Of a stretch of DNA of 64,000 bases, positions 1 to 13,079 are shown one piece after another (the stretch's first letter is position 1; the number at the start of each line of letters is the position of its first letter). The stretch is from Octopus vulgaris (taxonomy: Eukaryota). A program made the position numbers and the translations under genes. The stretch spans positions 63,116,001-63,180,000 of the forward strand of contig OX597827.1 in NCBI GenBank assembly GCA_951406725.2. The letters run 5' to 3'. The notes beneath the pieces were generated by a model. The model was not told the DNA's origin. It saw only the letters and a program-made list of their open reading frames with translations, and ran no database searches.

Positions 1-26
1 TATATATATATATGTATATATATATT

Positions 27-87
<61 letters not shown>

Positions 88-492
88 CTAGACAGATAGA
101 GAGACAAGCAGGCAGACAAACAGACAAACAGACAAACAGACAGACAGAGGGCATAGACATGTGGAGGTATTGATATGTACTAAGAAACAAAGTTTGTTAT
201 ATATGTGTATACGCGCTCACATACATACTTATGTGTGTTTGTGCGTGTGTATACATAAATATACGTATGGGAAGCGTAGAAATTAAGTACTTACATATAC
301 ACACACATAACACAAATATACTGCTGTTTTGGTTTTTTTTTTCTCTCTCTCTAGTCTAGGGGAATCATGAAATTCTAATTTCGGATCACCTGCTCACTTT
401 TATTTGGGATCTGTTTGAAGTTAGTGTTCAGGTACATATTTAAATAAAATCGAATGTGTACAATGTTGACAATATATATGTGTGTGTATACA

Positions 493-558
<66 letters not shown>

Positions 559-790
559 GAGAGATAGAGAGAGCGACATAGATTGGTAGATACATAAACA
601 CATAGATAGTTATATATGCACACATACATATATGTCGCACATACATATATTTATACATATATATGTATATATATACATATATTGGAATATATATATATAT
701 GTACATATACATGCATACATACATACGTACATATATATATATATATATGTATGTATGTATGTATTTAAATACATATATGTACATGTATTT
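1..790. repeat. Compound (TA)n/(GACA)n/(TACA)n microsatellite block
   Basis: Direct runs of TA, GACA and CATA units. Confidence 0.9.
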
Positions 791-799
791 ACAAATTAA

Positions 800-935
800 G
801 AGGAATGACAACCAAAATGGATTCCTAATACGCCAGAGGTAGACGTCAAATTGCCTTACCACGAAGAGTGTGTTCTCAAGGAAATCAGCAAACGCCAGAA
901 TGTAAAAATGAGCAAGACAAATGAAAATATACGAA
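800..935 (-). mobile_element. Diverged copy of the post-hammerhead tail found at 26074-26170
   Basis: Reverse complement reads ttttcatttgtcttgctc...ttctggcgtttgctgatttccttgagaaca, matching ttttcatttgtcttgctc...ttctggcatttgctaaattttcttgagaaca at 26074. Confidence 0.7.
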
Positions 936-1286
936 ATAAAAAACGATAACCTACGTACCAATTTTGTACATATATATATATACATACATATATATATGTA
1001 TTTAAAATATATATATGTGGATACGCTTATGTTCTATATATACATGAATACAGACGCATACATACACATATGTATAGATGCATATATATCTCTCTATATA
1101 TATACCTTTATATATATATATATATTCATATCAGGTGCAGTCCAAGGAATTACGCCAAAGGAAAACACAAAATCAAAAGGGTATGCAATTTGCGGAGAAA
1201 AGGGTGTAATAACATTATTTAGTAAGGTGCACATCTGTTCTTGTGTAGGTGGACGTATCCTTCAGGCCACCTCTTGTCTAAGCCCC

Positions 1287-1321
<35 letters not shown>

Positions 1322-1326
<5 letters not shown>

Positions 1327-1925
1327 AAAAATAGGATAAAATCTTTATAAGAATTTATCAAGTAGTCAGCATGAAAAACCTTATAAGAGAAAAAAACTCT
1401 ACCAATTTTTTCACTTAAATATATTTATATTATATAGAGGGCATCACTACAAATAAATTCCACACGCTAGGAGGGACTCTTAAAGTCAAAACTACTAAAA
1501 TAAATAAACATATCGTACCGAATACAACTCTCGAAGCAAGTCATTTAAAAACAGAATTTAGCTGCAGATCACTGTGATTTCATAATCAGTGCAGTGGTGC
1601 ACTCTTTACTCATCAGTACAAGCATAATTCAAGATTTGTAATGAATGAACAAAATCAACATGCCAGACGAAAAACCATCGTATCCAACATAGTATATAGA
1701 AATGTTAATCCCTTATACATCTATGTTGCATTCGGTACAATATGTTTATTTATTTTAGTAGTTTTGACTTTAAGAGTCCCTCCTAGCGTGTGGCATTTAT
1801 GAGTAGCAATGACCTCTATATAATATAAATAAACATATTTAAGTGAAAAAATTGATGGATATGAGGTTTTTCACGCTAACTACATGATAAATTCTTAAAG
1901 ATTTTATCCTATTTTTAAATTGTAA
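1322..1925. mobile_element. Foldback element: ~200 bp diverged inverted arms (1322-1528 / 1725-1925) with a hammerhead in the spacer; Penelope pLTR-like
   Basis: cacacgctaggagggactcttaaagtcaaaactactaaaataaataaacata is inverted as tatgtttatttattttagtagttttgactttaagagtccctcctagcgtgtg; abuts (TA)n at 1290-1321. Confidence 0.8.
1561..1623 (-). ncRNA. Type I hammerhead ribozyme, canonical core
   Basis: Minus strand: gcttgta-CTGATGA-gtaa(ag agtgca ccac tgcact ga)ttat-GAAA-tcac a gtga-TC-tgcagc; stems I, II and III pair; AUC triplet. Confidence 0.85.
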
Positions 1926-2129
1926 ATTTAACCGGAGAATATTCAGTACTGAATTTTTATTCCGAATAAGCACGTTGTTACCGGTGTCGATTTTACAATT
2001 CTGTAAATAATAATAATAAAAATATTTTATAAGTTTAAAGCTTATATGCGATCACCGTGAATTAATTAAGGTAAATAGTCTGATACTGGGACATATTAGC
2101 CCAAGACGGAAAAAAAAGGTAGGATTTTC

Positions 2130-2201
2130 CGTACGCGTGGGACTTGAACCGACACTCCTATGTTTTCGGGACAGGTGTACTACTATTACACCAAAGTACG
2201 C
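2130..2201 (-). pseudogene. tRNA-like pseudogene or tRNA-derived SINE head
   Basis: Minus strand has A-box TGGTGTAATAGT, D stem GTGTA/TACAC, B-box GGTTCAAGTCC, partial acceptor CGTAC/GTACG; T8 run just downstream (A8 at 2110-2117). Confidence 0.6.
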
Positions 2202-2475
2202 ACCCCCCGCTTCTTTCCGTCAGATTTATGAAATTATAGTTTTTCAAATTATAGTTCCTAAATCTGACGGAAAAAGCGAGGGATAATAGAAATACATTTC
2301 GTAGCACATGCGGGCGAAAGTCAACCAGATACTCTTTAAAACTAGGTTGGATTATGCCTTCGGTTTTTTTTTTTGATTTTCGTTCGATTTCCGCTTACCA
2401 AATACTAATCTTAAGATATATACATCCTAACATACGTGAATACATACATACATACGTACATACAAGAATACATAC

Positions 2476-2830
2476 ATCATCATCATCATCATCATCGTTT
2501 AACGTCCGTTTTCCGCGCTAGCACGGGTTGGACGGTTCGACCGGGGTCTGGGGAGCCAGGGGCTGCTCCAGGCTCCAGTCTGATCTGGCAGTGTTTCTAC
2601 AGCTGGATGCCCTTCCTAACGCCAACCACTCCGCGAGTGTAGTGGGTGCTTTTTACGTGCCACCTGCACAGGTGCCAGAGGGGTCTGGCATCGGCCACGA
2701 TCGGTTGGTGCTTTTTATGTGTCACCGGCACAGAAGCCAGTCGAGGCGGAGCTGGCATCGGCCACGTTCGGATGGTGCTTTTTATGTGCCACCGGCACAG
2801 AAGCCATTCGAGGCGGGGTTGGCATCGGTC
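2476..2830 (-). mobile_element. Retroposon 3' part with (GAT)n tail and three internal ~65 bp tandem units
   Basis: (CAT)n then cgtttaacgtccg...ggatgcccttcctaacgccaacc; unit ggtgcttttta(c/t)gtg(c/t)cacc...ggcatcgg starts near 2645, 2707 and 2774. Confidence 0.7.
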
Positions 2831-3084
2831 CATACATAAACATATAAATATATGTATGGCTATATATTTTGATATATATATATGTTAGAATGCTTGAAGT
2901 GATGTACAGATATTGTTTATTGAGAAAAAGCAGGAAGTCGGAATTTTGGATAATTCTCTATTGGCGCTTTCTTTCGCTTATTGAACTCGTCAAGACAAAT
3001 TTAAAATGGTTTATTTGCTTCGTTTAGAAGAGGATAAAAATATTTGGGGGTAGGGGGAAAAGAGAATGAAAATCAAAAGGGGAA

Positions 3085-3217
3085 GAGAGAGGTTTCAGGA
3101 CAATCAAGAAAGGGGGAAAGAAAGAAAGAAAGAAAAGCAATGAGGGAGCAGAAAAAAAAATAGTCTGAGACAGAAGTACAATCAAGAACCTTTCTTGATT
3201 GTCCTGAAACCTCTCTC
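3085..3217. repeat. 29 bp perfect inverted repeat (3085-3113 / 3189-3217)
   Basis: gagagaggtttcaggacaatcaagaaagg versus cctttcttgattgtcctgaaacctctctc. Confidence 0.85.
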
Positions 3218-3419
3218 ACTTTCTCTTTGTCTATTTTTTCTCCCTACGCATGGTTTTTCTTTCTCGCTTTAACCCTTTTTTGTAGAATAAAAAAAAATAT
3301 TTATTTTCCTTTTCTAAACAAAGCAAAAAAAAAACATCTGATTCATATAAATGAACAACGAAATTTTGTTTTTAACCATTTTGATTTTGTCTTGGCGAGT
3401 TCGACAAACGAACTGACGA

Positions 3420-3600
3420 TTGCAGGATCGTGGGTTCGATTACCAGATAGATCGACTCGTTGTATTCTTGAGCAAAACATTACATTTCACGTTGTTTGAG
3501 TTCGCGTTCGTTCAGCTGGAAAAATAATTCTTCAACGGACTGGTGTATATACGCCAGCAAAACCGGAAAACCGGGCCTATGCTCCATAGGGTATACTGTG
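3420..3600 (+). mobile_element. Degenerate CORE-type tRNA-derived SINE
   Basis: gggttcgattacc B-box, then ttcttgagcaaaacattacatttcacgttg resembling 63320-63350. Confidence 0.5.
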
Positions 3601-3606
3601 TGTGTA

Positions 3607-4020
3607 TACTCTTTTACTCTTTTACATGTTTCAGTCATTTGACTGCGGCTACGCTGGAGCACCGCCTTTAGTCGAACAAATCGACCCCAGGACTTATTCT
3701 TTGTAAGCCTAGTACTTATTCTATCGGACTCTTTTGCCGAACCGCTAAGTTACGGAGACGTAAACATACCACCATCGGTTGTCAAGCAATGCTCGGGGGA
3801 CAAACACAGTCACACAAACATATACACACACATACATACATACATACATTTATATATATATATACATATATACGACGTGCTTCTTTCAGGTTCCATCCAC
3901 CAAATCCACTCACAAGGCTTTGGTCGGCCCGAGGCTATAGTAGAAGACACTTCACCAAGGTGCCACACAGTGGGACTGAACCCGTAACCATGTGGTTGGT
4001 AAGCAAGCTTCTTACCACAC
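3607..4020 (-). mobile_element. tRNA-derived SINE family A (bipartite, internal CA/TA microsatellite)
   Basis: Matches the copies at 25320, 36620, 43354 and 54304; B-box ggttcagtccc. Confidence 0.9.
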
Positions 4021-4754
4021 TCAGTTTATTCATTTTACTTTATGTAGTCTTAGAGACCTTTCAGGATCACGAAATTCAAATTTCTGATCACTTGATCTCA
4101 ATTATTTGGGTTTTAAAGTAATAGTGTCTTCACAGTATATGGTGGAGAGCATATATGAGAGCATAAAGTGTCACACGCTCGATTATTCAAACAGTCACTA
4201 TATCTGGCATATCAAACTTCAAGATTAGTAGTATTTTGCTGCTATGAGATTCTATCCGCGTTACTGTGTGGGGGCACGTGTATTTCAATGAACCTGAGAG
4301 CTATGCCAACAAAGCACAATCTCTTGGTAGAATCTACAACGTTTTGGCGTATCAAAGTATAGAGACCATCCTAATAGGGATCACCGTTCCCTAGGTGTAA
4401 AAGTTGGTTTGCGTGAGGCCAACGCCTGGGGCAATTCAAATTTACAGACTCATCAAAGATAATTCAAAACCAAATGGGCTTGAGAGAAGAGGGTTTTATA
4501 GTCAAGGGTTTCGAACAATGGAAAAAAGTTCGATGGCCTATGTTTATATAGTGTGGTGAGTTTAACCCTTTAGCATTTAAACAAGTCATGTAGGGCCCAA
4601 ATACTCTACCTGTTTAATGTTCCGTCACAACTTGGCCTCTTACACCTACTCTACAATATCATTCTAAAAATATACAAGCACATAACGGAAATCTCAAAGC
4701 TTCAAGATAATGCGTAATTAATTCAAAATAATGTAAATTACTATATATACATAT

Positions 4755-4922
4755 ATACGGCAGGCTTCATTCAGTTTCCGTCTACTAAATCCACTCACAA
4801 GGCTTTGGTCGGCCCGCGGCTATAGTAGAAGACACTTGCCCTAGGTGCCACGCAATGGGAATGAACTCGGAACCATGTGGTTGGTAAGTAAGCTACATAC
4901 CAAATAGCCACTCCTGCGCCTA
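4755..4922 (-). mobile_element. SINE family A, 5' half
   Basis: tcagtttccgtctac...gccactcctgcgcc. Confidence 0.85.
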
Positions 4923-4929
4923 TGAGGGA

Positions 4930-5250
4930 CTTTTTTGAAAGAATGAAAGGAATAAGTAAATGAAAGGAAATTAAAGGAAAGAAAAGAGGAAATGTTATAT
5001 GGAAGGGATTAAAAAAGAAAACACTCAAGTTTGGGAGAGAGGTGAAGTAATAGAGATTGAACAGAAGAAAGGGAAGAGAAGGAAGGAAGAAAAATAAAGA
5101 AGGAAAGGAATAAAGAAAGATAGATAGGAAGGAGTGTAGAAACAAAGAAACAAACAAACAACCTAGAAGGAAAGAAAGAAAGAAAGAAAGAAAGAAACAT
5201 AGAAAGAAAGAAAGAAAAGGAGGAAGGAAAGAAAGGAGGAAGGAAAATGT

Positions 5251-5297
<47 letters not shown>

Positions 5298-5520
5298 AAT
5301 ATGGCTGAAAAGACAAATGAACAAGTGAACGAAATAAGGAGAACGAACAGAAAGAAAATGAAAAAGACGAAAATAATGATAAGAAAGTAAAAAAAGGATA
5401 GAATATAAGATGAAACGAAGGAAGGAAGGAAGGAGAGAAGGAAGGTGGGAAGAAAGGCACGAAGGAAAGTAGATAAAAGAGAAAGGTGGGAAGAGAGAGG
5501 GGAGGTGGGAGAGGCGGTGC
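4930..5520. repeat. Purine-rich (GAAA/GGAA)n low-complexity tract
   Basis: Direct composition. Confidence 0.85.
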
Positions 5521-5585
5521 TCTCGAATATAAAACAGCGACGACAGCATCTACAACAACGTCAAGAACCGAAACAACATCAACAA

Positions 5586-5649
5586 CTATAATAATAATAA
5601 TAATAATGATAATAATAATGATAATAATAATAATAATAACAATAATAAC

Positions 5650-5738
<89 letters not shown>

Positions 5739-5883
5739 TAATAAAAATAATAATAAAAGCTAAAACCATCATCTACCACTGAACACAACAAACACAACAA
5801 AAAACCATGGAAACCAGTCATTTATAGAAATAGAAGAAAAAAATACTCGATCTGACTTAGTACTACTACTACTACTACGACTG

Positions 5884-5950
<67 letters not shown>
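5586..5950. repeat. (AAT)n and (ACT)n microsatellites
   Basis: AAT 5586-5755; ACT 5862-5950. Confidence 0.9.
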
Positions 5951-6263
5951 CAACTGAAGATTGCTTTCATTTGGAAGAGATCGTTGATCAAAGAACTTTT
6001 CAGAAAGCAATTCCAGACTATTTAGGATTCACTATTTTTTTTTTAATTTTACTAATTTTTTTTTATATATTTTTATTTGTATTGTTATATATGTTTTTTT
6101 ATTTTTTGTCTTCAGTTCAGTTCTTTAAGCAGACAAGAATGAGTGTCCATTTAGTTTTCATCTTTCGGTCAAGTAGAATAAGATGTAAATGGCGATGCAG
6201 TGTAATTTGCAATGAGATGGTCGACCTATCTTGCCTGTCTTGATAACCCGAAACTTGCAATAC

Positions 6264-6318
<55 letters not shown>

Positions 6319-6393
6319 GTAGTAGTAGTAGTAATAGTAATAATAATGATGATAATAGTAATAATAATTCTGGTAATAGCAATAGTAGTAATA

Positions 6394-6473
<80 letters not shown>

Positions 6474-6476
<3 letters not shown>

Positions 6477-6958
6477 GTCCCAATCGATATAAACGTATCT
6501 GTCAAGACCTACCAAAAACTGAGCAAATATAAAGATCTTGAAATAGAAATCAGCAAAATGTGGAAGCTGAAGACTAAAACAATACCTGTTGTCATAGGTG
6601 CCCTGGGAATGATAGCAAAAGGGGCTGATAGCTACCTAACTCAGATACCAGGAAACCCAAAAATGGCAGAAGTTCAAAAGATAGTGCTCATGGGAACTGC
6701 TCATATCCTACGCAAAATACTCTCTATGTAATCTCAAGGTTTAAAACAAACATAATTTTCGGTTTAAAAAAAAAAAAAAAAAAAAAAACCTTTTTTTTTT
6801 TTCTTTTTAGACATTCATTAGTACAACATCCCCACCCCCCAAATATATGGCACACTAGGCATAACAACAACATGAACTTCCAACCCTGTTGTCTCTTGAG
6901 GTCTCTGGGTGAGACTTGGAGCCAACTTGTACAAATATAAAGCAAAAGTCAAACATAG
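6474..6958 (+). mobile_element. 5'-truncated RLE-type LINE (R4/Dong-like), family 1, in (AAT)n
   Basis: Encodes KLSKYKDLEIEISKMWKLKTKTIPVVIGALG...LMGTAHILRKIL (restriction-like endonuclease C-terminus, stop at 6731), then 3' UTR; AAT on both sides. Confidence 0.85.
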
Positions 6959-6978
6959 AATAATAATAATAATAATAA

Positions 6979-7490
<512 letters not shown>

Positions 7491-8557
7491 ATCTTCGTCT
7501 ACTGGAGTGTTTATTTGGACAGTAAGAATGAATAGACTACAGAATAGCAGAATAGCAGACATTTGAGTTTATTAAAGAAACAATAGGTTATATAACTAAC
7601 GAATTTATTAATCAAACAAAAGTATATTTAATGCTTAAATCATTGAATAAAGCTAACCGGAAATAAATGACAGTATGGAATACGAAATAGAAATTAGTTA
7701 TCACTGGTTGAATTATATTTTTATTTCATGACAAGTATTAGAGGCAACGAAACAACTTCATACATGTTTGGATATTATTCTGATCTCATCAACAAAGTGT
7801 TCTTTGTAGGCGCCAAAATGATATAGACGGCTCTACGTAAAAGTTCAAGATTGAGAATAAGATAGAAATATGGTAAGAATTGTTTCATGTTGCTCTCGGC
7901 ATTTACACGTATTTCTGTTTAACTATTGTGTGTGTCTGCTTAAAATAGTTATTTTCTTTCAAGGGTACGGTATAATGCAATGAGTTTCTTCATTATGCAT
8001 TTATATTTTCCAGCAGATTTAGTTAATGATTCTTTCGTTACTTTATCAAATACGTTGAGGATATGTTTCGCCGATGAGATCAAAATAAAATTGAAATAAT
8101 CCAAAGTTACTATCCATACTTTCAGAAAAATATAAACAATTTTAGAAATTGAATGGCATATTTTTACCTCATTGAATATCTATTGCAAATTAATTTTTCT
8201 AATGTTCCCAGCAATACACATTTTTTTTTTGGCTTTTGTATTTCGCTTGCAAAACACTTGATATGAACTTGTGTGTTGAAACAGATTTTATTTTTTCTTC
8301 AAAATGTCATTTAGACAAAAATAGATATCTAAGTTCAGTTTCTCTTTTATAAAAAAGACTGCATCATCTGCAGACCGTATACCAACTCAATCAATTTGGC
8401 GATGAGAAAACTCAAACTCTTGAAATACCAAGTAGGATAAATGGTTAATTATTTGACTAATCATAATAAAAGAAGTGAAAATGAACCAATGTGTGTGCTT
8501 TTATTGGCACGATTACCCATCTGAACTACAACAAAATTATAAAATTTTCAAAATGTG

Positions 8558-11157
8558 GTTAATACAAAGATTTTATTCAATAATAAAATGGACCACATCA
8601 TGTTGCAGACTTTCTGAATACTATAGAATTTCAATGCCCGAAAATCTAAGTTTCAAGAACGGTAAACTTAAGAAATTTAAATAGTAGAATTAAGAAAAAT
8701 AAAAGTATTTGAATACAGAATACCAACTTTCTAGAAGAACAGGATATCTGAAAACTTAAGATGCCAAAATCTGCAAAAATTAGAAATTTTAAACTTCCAA
8801 AATATTAAAATATATGTAATTAAGACGATTCTTAATATTCATGATAATAAGATATGAAGCTTACATATTCGTCTTCCCAGTGCTTTAAAGAGTGTGGAAA
8901 GTCAAATTATCGATTTCCAGAATACTGGAAGGAACCAGGGTTGTAAATTCTAACCTTCCAATATATTTGAACAGATGAAACTAGAATTTCAAATTTCAAA
9001 TTTTCAAAAGAATGTGGAAATAATCGTAGAGATTAAACTTCCAGAATATGTGAACACTTGATATTTTTAATATTAATATAATAAAAATATATTACGAGGA
9101 TAATCTACACATTTTCAATTTCAAGAATATTTCATGCAATATGTGAAAGAAATATGAAATCTTCAAAGCATAATTAAGCGAAAATAAGAAACACAATATT
9201 TTTAGAATCTCAGAATAGGTGAAAACCGGAAATTAAAATTTTCCAGAACATTGAAATACGGGAAAACGAGAAAATTCATATTCCTCCAGAATACGTAATA
9301 ATATATGGAATAAATAGCTTAAAATTGAAATTTCAGAATACGTGAAACTGAAGATTCTAAACTATTTTTAAAGAATTTAAAATATCAATTCCAATATTCT
9401 AGAATATCTGGAACTAGAAATATCACATTGTCAAACAAGAAATTATGATATTCCAGAATATTAATATATTTAATTAGAAATTTTAATTTTTTTGAACATT
9501 ATAATTTCGTGAACCATAGAGATACAAAATTTCTCGAACATTAGAATATGAGAAGACCAGAAATTTCAATTTCCTAGAATTTTAAAATATTGGAAAAATA
9601 GAAAATTCATATTCACCAGAATACGTAATAATATATGGAATAAATAGTTTAAAATCAAAATTTCAGAATACGTGAAACTGAAGATTCTGAACTATTTTTA
9701 AAGAATTTAAAATGTCAATTCCAATATTCCAGAATATCTGAAACTAGAAATATCACATTTTCAAACAAGAAATTATGATATTCCAGAATATTATATTTAA
9801 TTAGAAATTTTAATTTTTCCGAACATTATAATTTCGTGAACATTAGAGATACAAAATTTCTCGAACATTAGAATATGAGAAGACTAGAAATTTCAATTTC
9901 CTAGAATTAAAAAAATTTCCAAAACTAGGAAATTTATATTCACCAGAAGAATAAATTATAGAATAAGTAGCTTGAAATTAAAATTTCAGAATGCGTAAAC
10001 ACTAGAGATTCTAAGCAATTAAAATTATTAGAAATATTAGATTTCGAGGAATTACTTTTAAAATCTTAATTTCCAGTATTGTGGGGTATACAAAAATAGA
10101 AATATCACATTTCCAAACAATAAATTGTAAAATTCCAGAATATTAGAATGTGTGAATTAGAAATTCTAACCTTCCAATATAATTTTGTGAACACCAGAGA
10201 TACAAAATTTCTCGAACATTAGACTGAGAAGACCAAACATTTCAATTTCCTAGAATTTTAAAATATTGGAAAACTAGAAAATTCATTTTCGCCACAAGAA
10301 TAAGATATGAAATAAGTAACTTGAATTTAAAATTTCAGAATGCGTGAACACTAAAGATTCTAAGCAATTAATATTATAAGAAATATTAGATTTCGAGGAA
10401 TTACTTTTAAAATCTTAATTTCCAGTATTGTGGGATATATGAATATAGAAATATCACATTTCCAAACAAGGAATTGTAAAATTCCAGAATATTAGAATTT
10501 GTGAATTAGGAATTTAGATTTTCTTGAACATTAGAAAATCAGTGATAGAAAATTTCTTAGACATTAAAATATAAGAAAATTGGAAATTCAAATTTTCCAG
10601 AACATTATAACATTGGAAAACTAGAAAATTCACCAGGAGAATAAAATATGGAATGCGTAGCTTCAAATTAAAATTTCAGAAACTAGAGATTTTAAGCATT
10701 TAAACTATAAGAAATATTAGATGTTAAAAAAGAAACACTTAAAATCTCAACTTCCAGCATATTTGAAACTAGAAATGTCACATTTCCAAATAGGAAATTG
10801 TAAAATTCCAGCAGATTAGAATATGTGGATTAGCAATTCTAATTTTCCCTGACATAATTTCGTGAAAATCAGAAATACGAAATTTCTAGAACATTACAGT
10901 ATGAGAAAACCAGAAATTAAATTTTCTAGAATTTTAAAATATTGGGTGGGAGTGGGGAATCCGTTTTAGTAGAATAAGAAATAAAATAAATAGAAATACA
11001 TGAACGCATTTACTGTCAATATGTAGTTAATACAAAGATTTTAATCAATAATAAAATGGACCACATCATGTTGCAGACTTTCGGAATACTACAGAATTTC
11101 AATGCTCGAAAATCAAAGTTTCAAGAACGGTAAACCTAAAAAATTTAAATAGTAGAA
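8558..11157. repeat. AT-rich hierarchical satellite (~38-40 bp subunits, ~330-350 bp higher-order unit) bounded by 132 bp direct repeats
   Basis: aaattcatattc(c/a)...cagaa landmark recurs near 9270, 9602, 9930, 10279 and 10625; 8558-8689 matches 11026-11157. Confidence 0.8.
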
Positions 11158-11884
11158 ATAATAAAATAATTAAAAATACGGTAAAATATTAAATCACTTT
11201 AATTTTGCTGTGGCAATACTGGAGGAGTGCCTTTAGTGTTGGTATGTTTAACTCAGGGTTAACCCGATTGGAGCAGACTTATAATCAAAGTCGTTCCAAC
11301 CGTGAATATCCCAGCTGTTTCCTATGTGTATAAAACTCAGCACCACATACTTGTCCTTTTCTAAGGCGATAGTGTTGCAATCGAGCAAGGTTTGGCAGCT
11401 GTATGTAACATTTCGAAAGAATTCAAAGAGGAGTTTTATTCTCAGTGATTGCCACAAACTAGAAATTTTTAAGAACTTCCTGGTAAGTAAGCCACAAAAA
11501 AATTAATTAAATTAAATACGTTTCACTACGAATCTCTTTGTTCTTTAATTTCAAATTTAAACTTCTAATCCCACCAAATGTTATGGAACAATAATCATCT
11601 TCCTTATATTAAATATCCTTTAAGTAATACGACGTACTACTACAATAGTTTCAAATTTTCGCTCAGGACCAGCAGATTTTTGAAGGGAGGAGGAAATCGA
11701 TTAGATTTGATTGGTACTTATTTTAACATCATTTGACTAGTACTTATTTTAAGCAAAGGCGAAAATATGAAAGAAAATTGGACCTCGGTGGAATATGAGT
11801 TCAGTTAAAACTGATGAAATACGGCTAAGCATTTTCTATCTGCTTTTTTCTACTCTAGGGGCAAGACACGAAATTTCTTTTTTT

Positions 11885-12250
11885 GGTGAGGGGACAGTCG
11901 ATGAGATCGACCCCAGTACGCAACTGGTACTTTATTTATCGACTCCGAAAGGATGAAAGGTATAGTCGGTCTCAGCGGAACTTGATCTCAGAACGTAAAG
12001 ATAGACGATATACCTATTTCTTTACTACCCACAAGGGGCTAAACACAGAGAGGACAAACAAGGACAGACAAACGGATTAAGTCGATTACATCGACCCCAG
12101 TGCGTAACTGGTACTCAATTTATCGACCCCGAAAGGATGAAAGTCAAAAATCGACCTCGGCGGAATTTGAACTCAGAACGTAACGGCAGACGTTATACGG
12201 CTACGCATTTCGCCCGGCTAGCAGACGTTTCTGCCAGTTCGCTGCCTTAG
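11885..12250 (-). mobile_element. tRNA-derived SINE family B, tandem partial dimer
   Basis: cgaccccgaaaggatgaaag...gacctcggcggaatttgaactcagaacgta occurs twice; degenerate neighbours at 11650-11830 and 12270-12400. Confidence 0.85.
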
Positions 12251-12618
12251 AAATCATCCTCTCTACTTCTACTACAAACACATGGGCTGAAATTATTCAA
12301 AGGAGCGGACTAGTCGATTCCATCGACTGCAATGCTTAACTGGTACTTATTTTATCGACTCAAGAAGTCGATTTTGGAGGACTTTGAGCTCAGAAAGTAA
12401 AGACAAACAATGAAATTTGGATGGATATTCGTATTATAATGACTCATTGAAATATTGGAGTTAAATTTCTACTGTTCCAATTAATTTATCCACCCCCTGT
12501 ACCTATATATATATTACACTCATAAATAAATATTACACTCACTTTTTAATTTGTAATTTGTCCAAAAAGATCACAATAATGATGTTAATATTACTGTGCT
12601 TTTTACTCACTTTTGCTT

Positions 12619-12745
<127 letters not shown>

Positions 12746-12935
12746 GTATATAAAAATGTTTGAACAAAAGACTGCCCCAAAGAGACAGCCAGATATATTG
12801 CAGGGATCACATAGATACGTAGATAGATAAATTACTACATTTTATGCAATGAGTGGGTAACCGGACTTTGTTTTCAGGCTTGACATAAATATTTAAGTGC
12901 GTACATTGGCATTTTTAGTAAAAGATATACAAAAG

Positions 12936-12968
<33 letters not shown>

Positions 12969-13079
12969 TGTATACATCCAAGTAGTACGTGAATATGAGC
13001 TTACTCGTCCCTGGAAGTGTATCGGAATTACCATTAAGTCAAAGAAATCGTTTGTCAACTATGCAAGCGTGCCTTATAT

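Noticed and set aside
8700-10945. Satellite as a CRISPR-like array or a repeat-protein exon
   Set aside because: Subunits are contiguous and degenerate with no unique spacers, no cas genes, no ORF in the track, and the context is eukaryotic.
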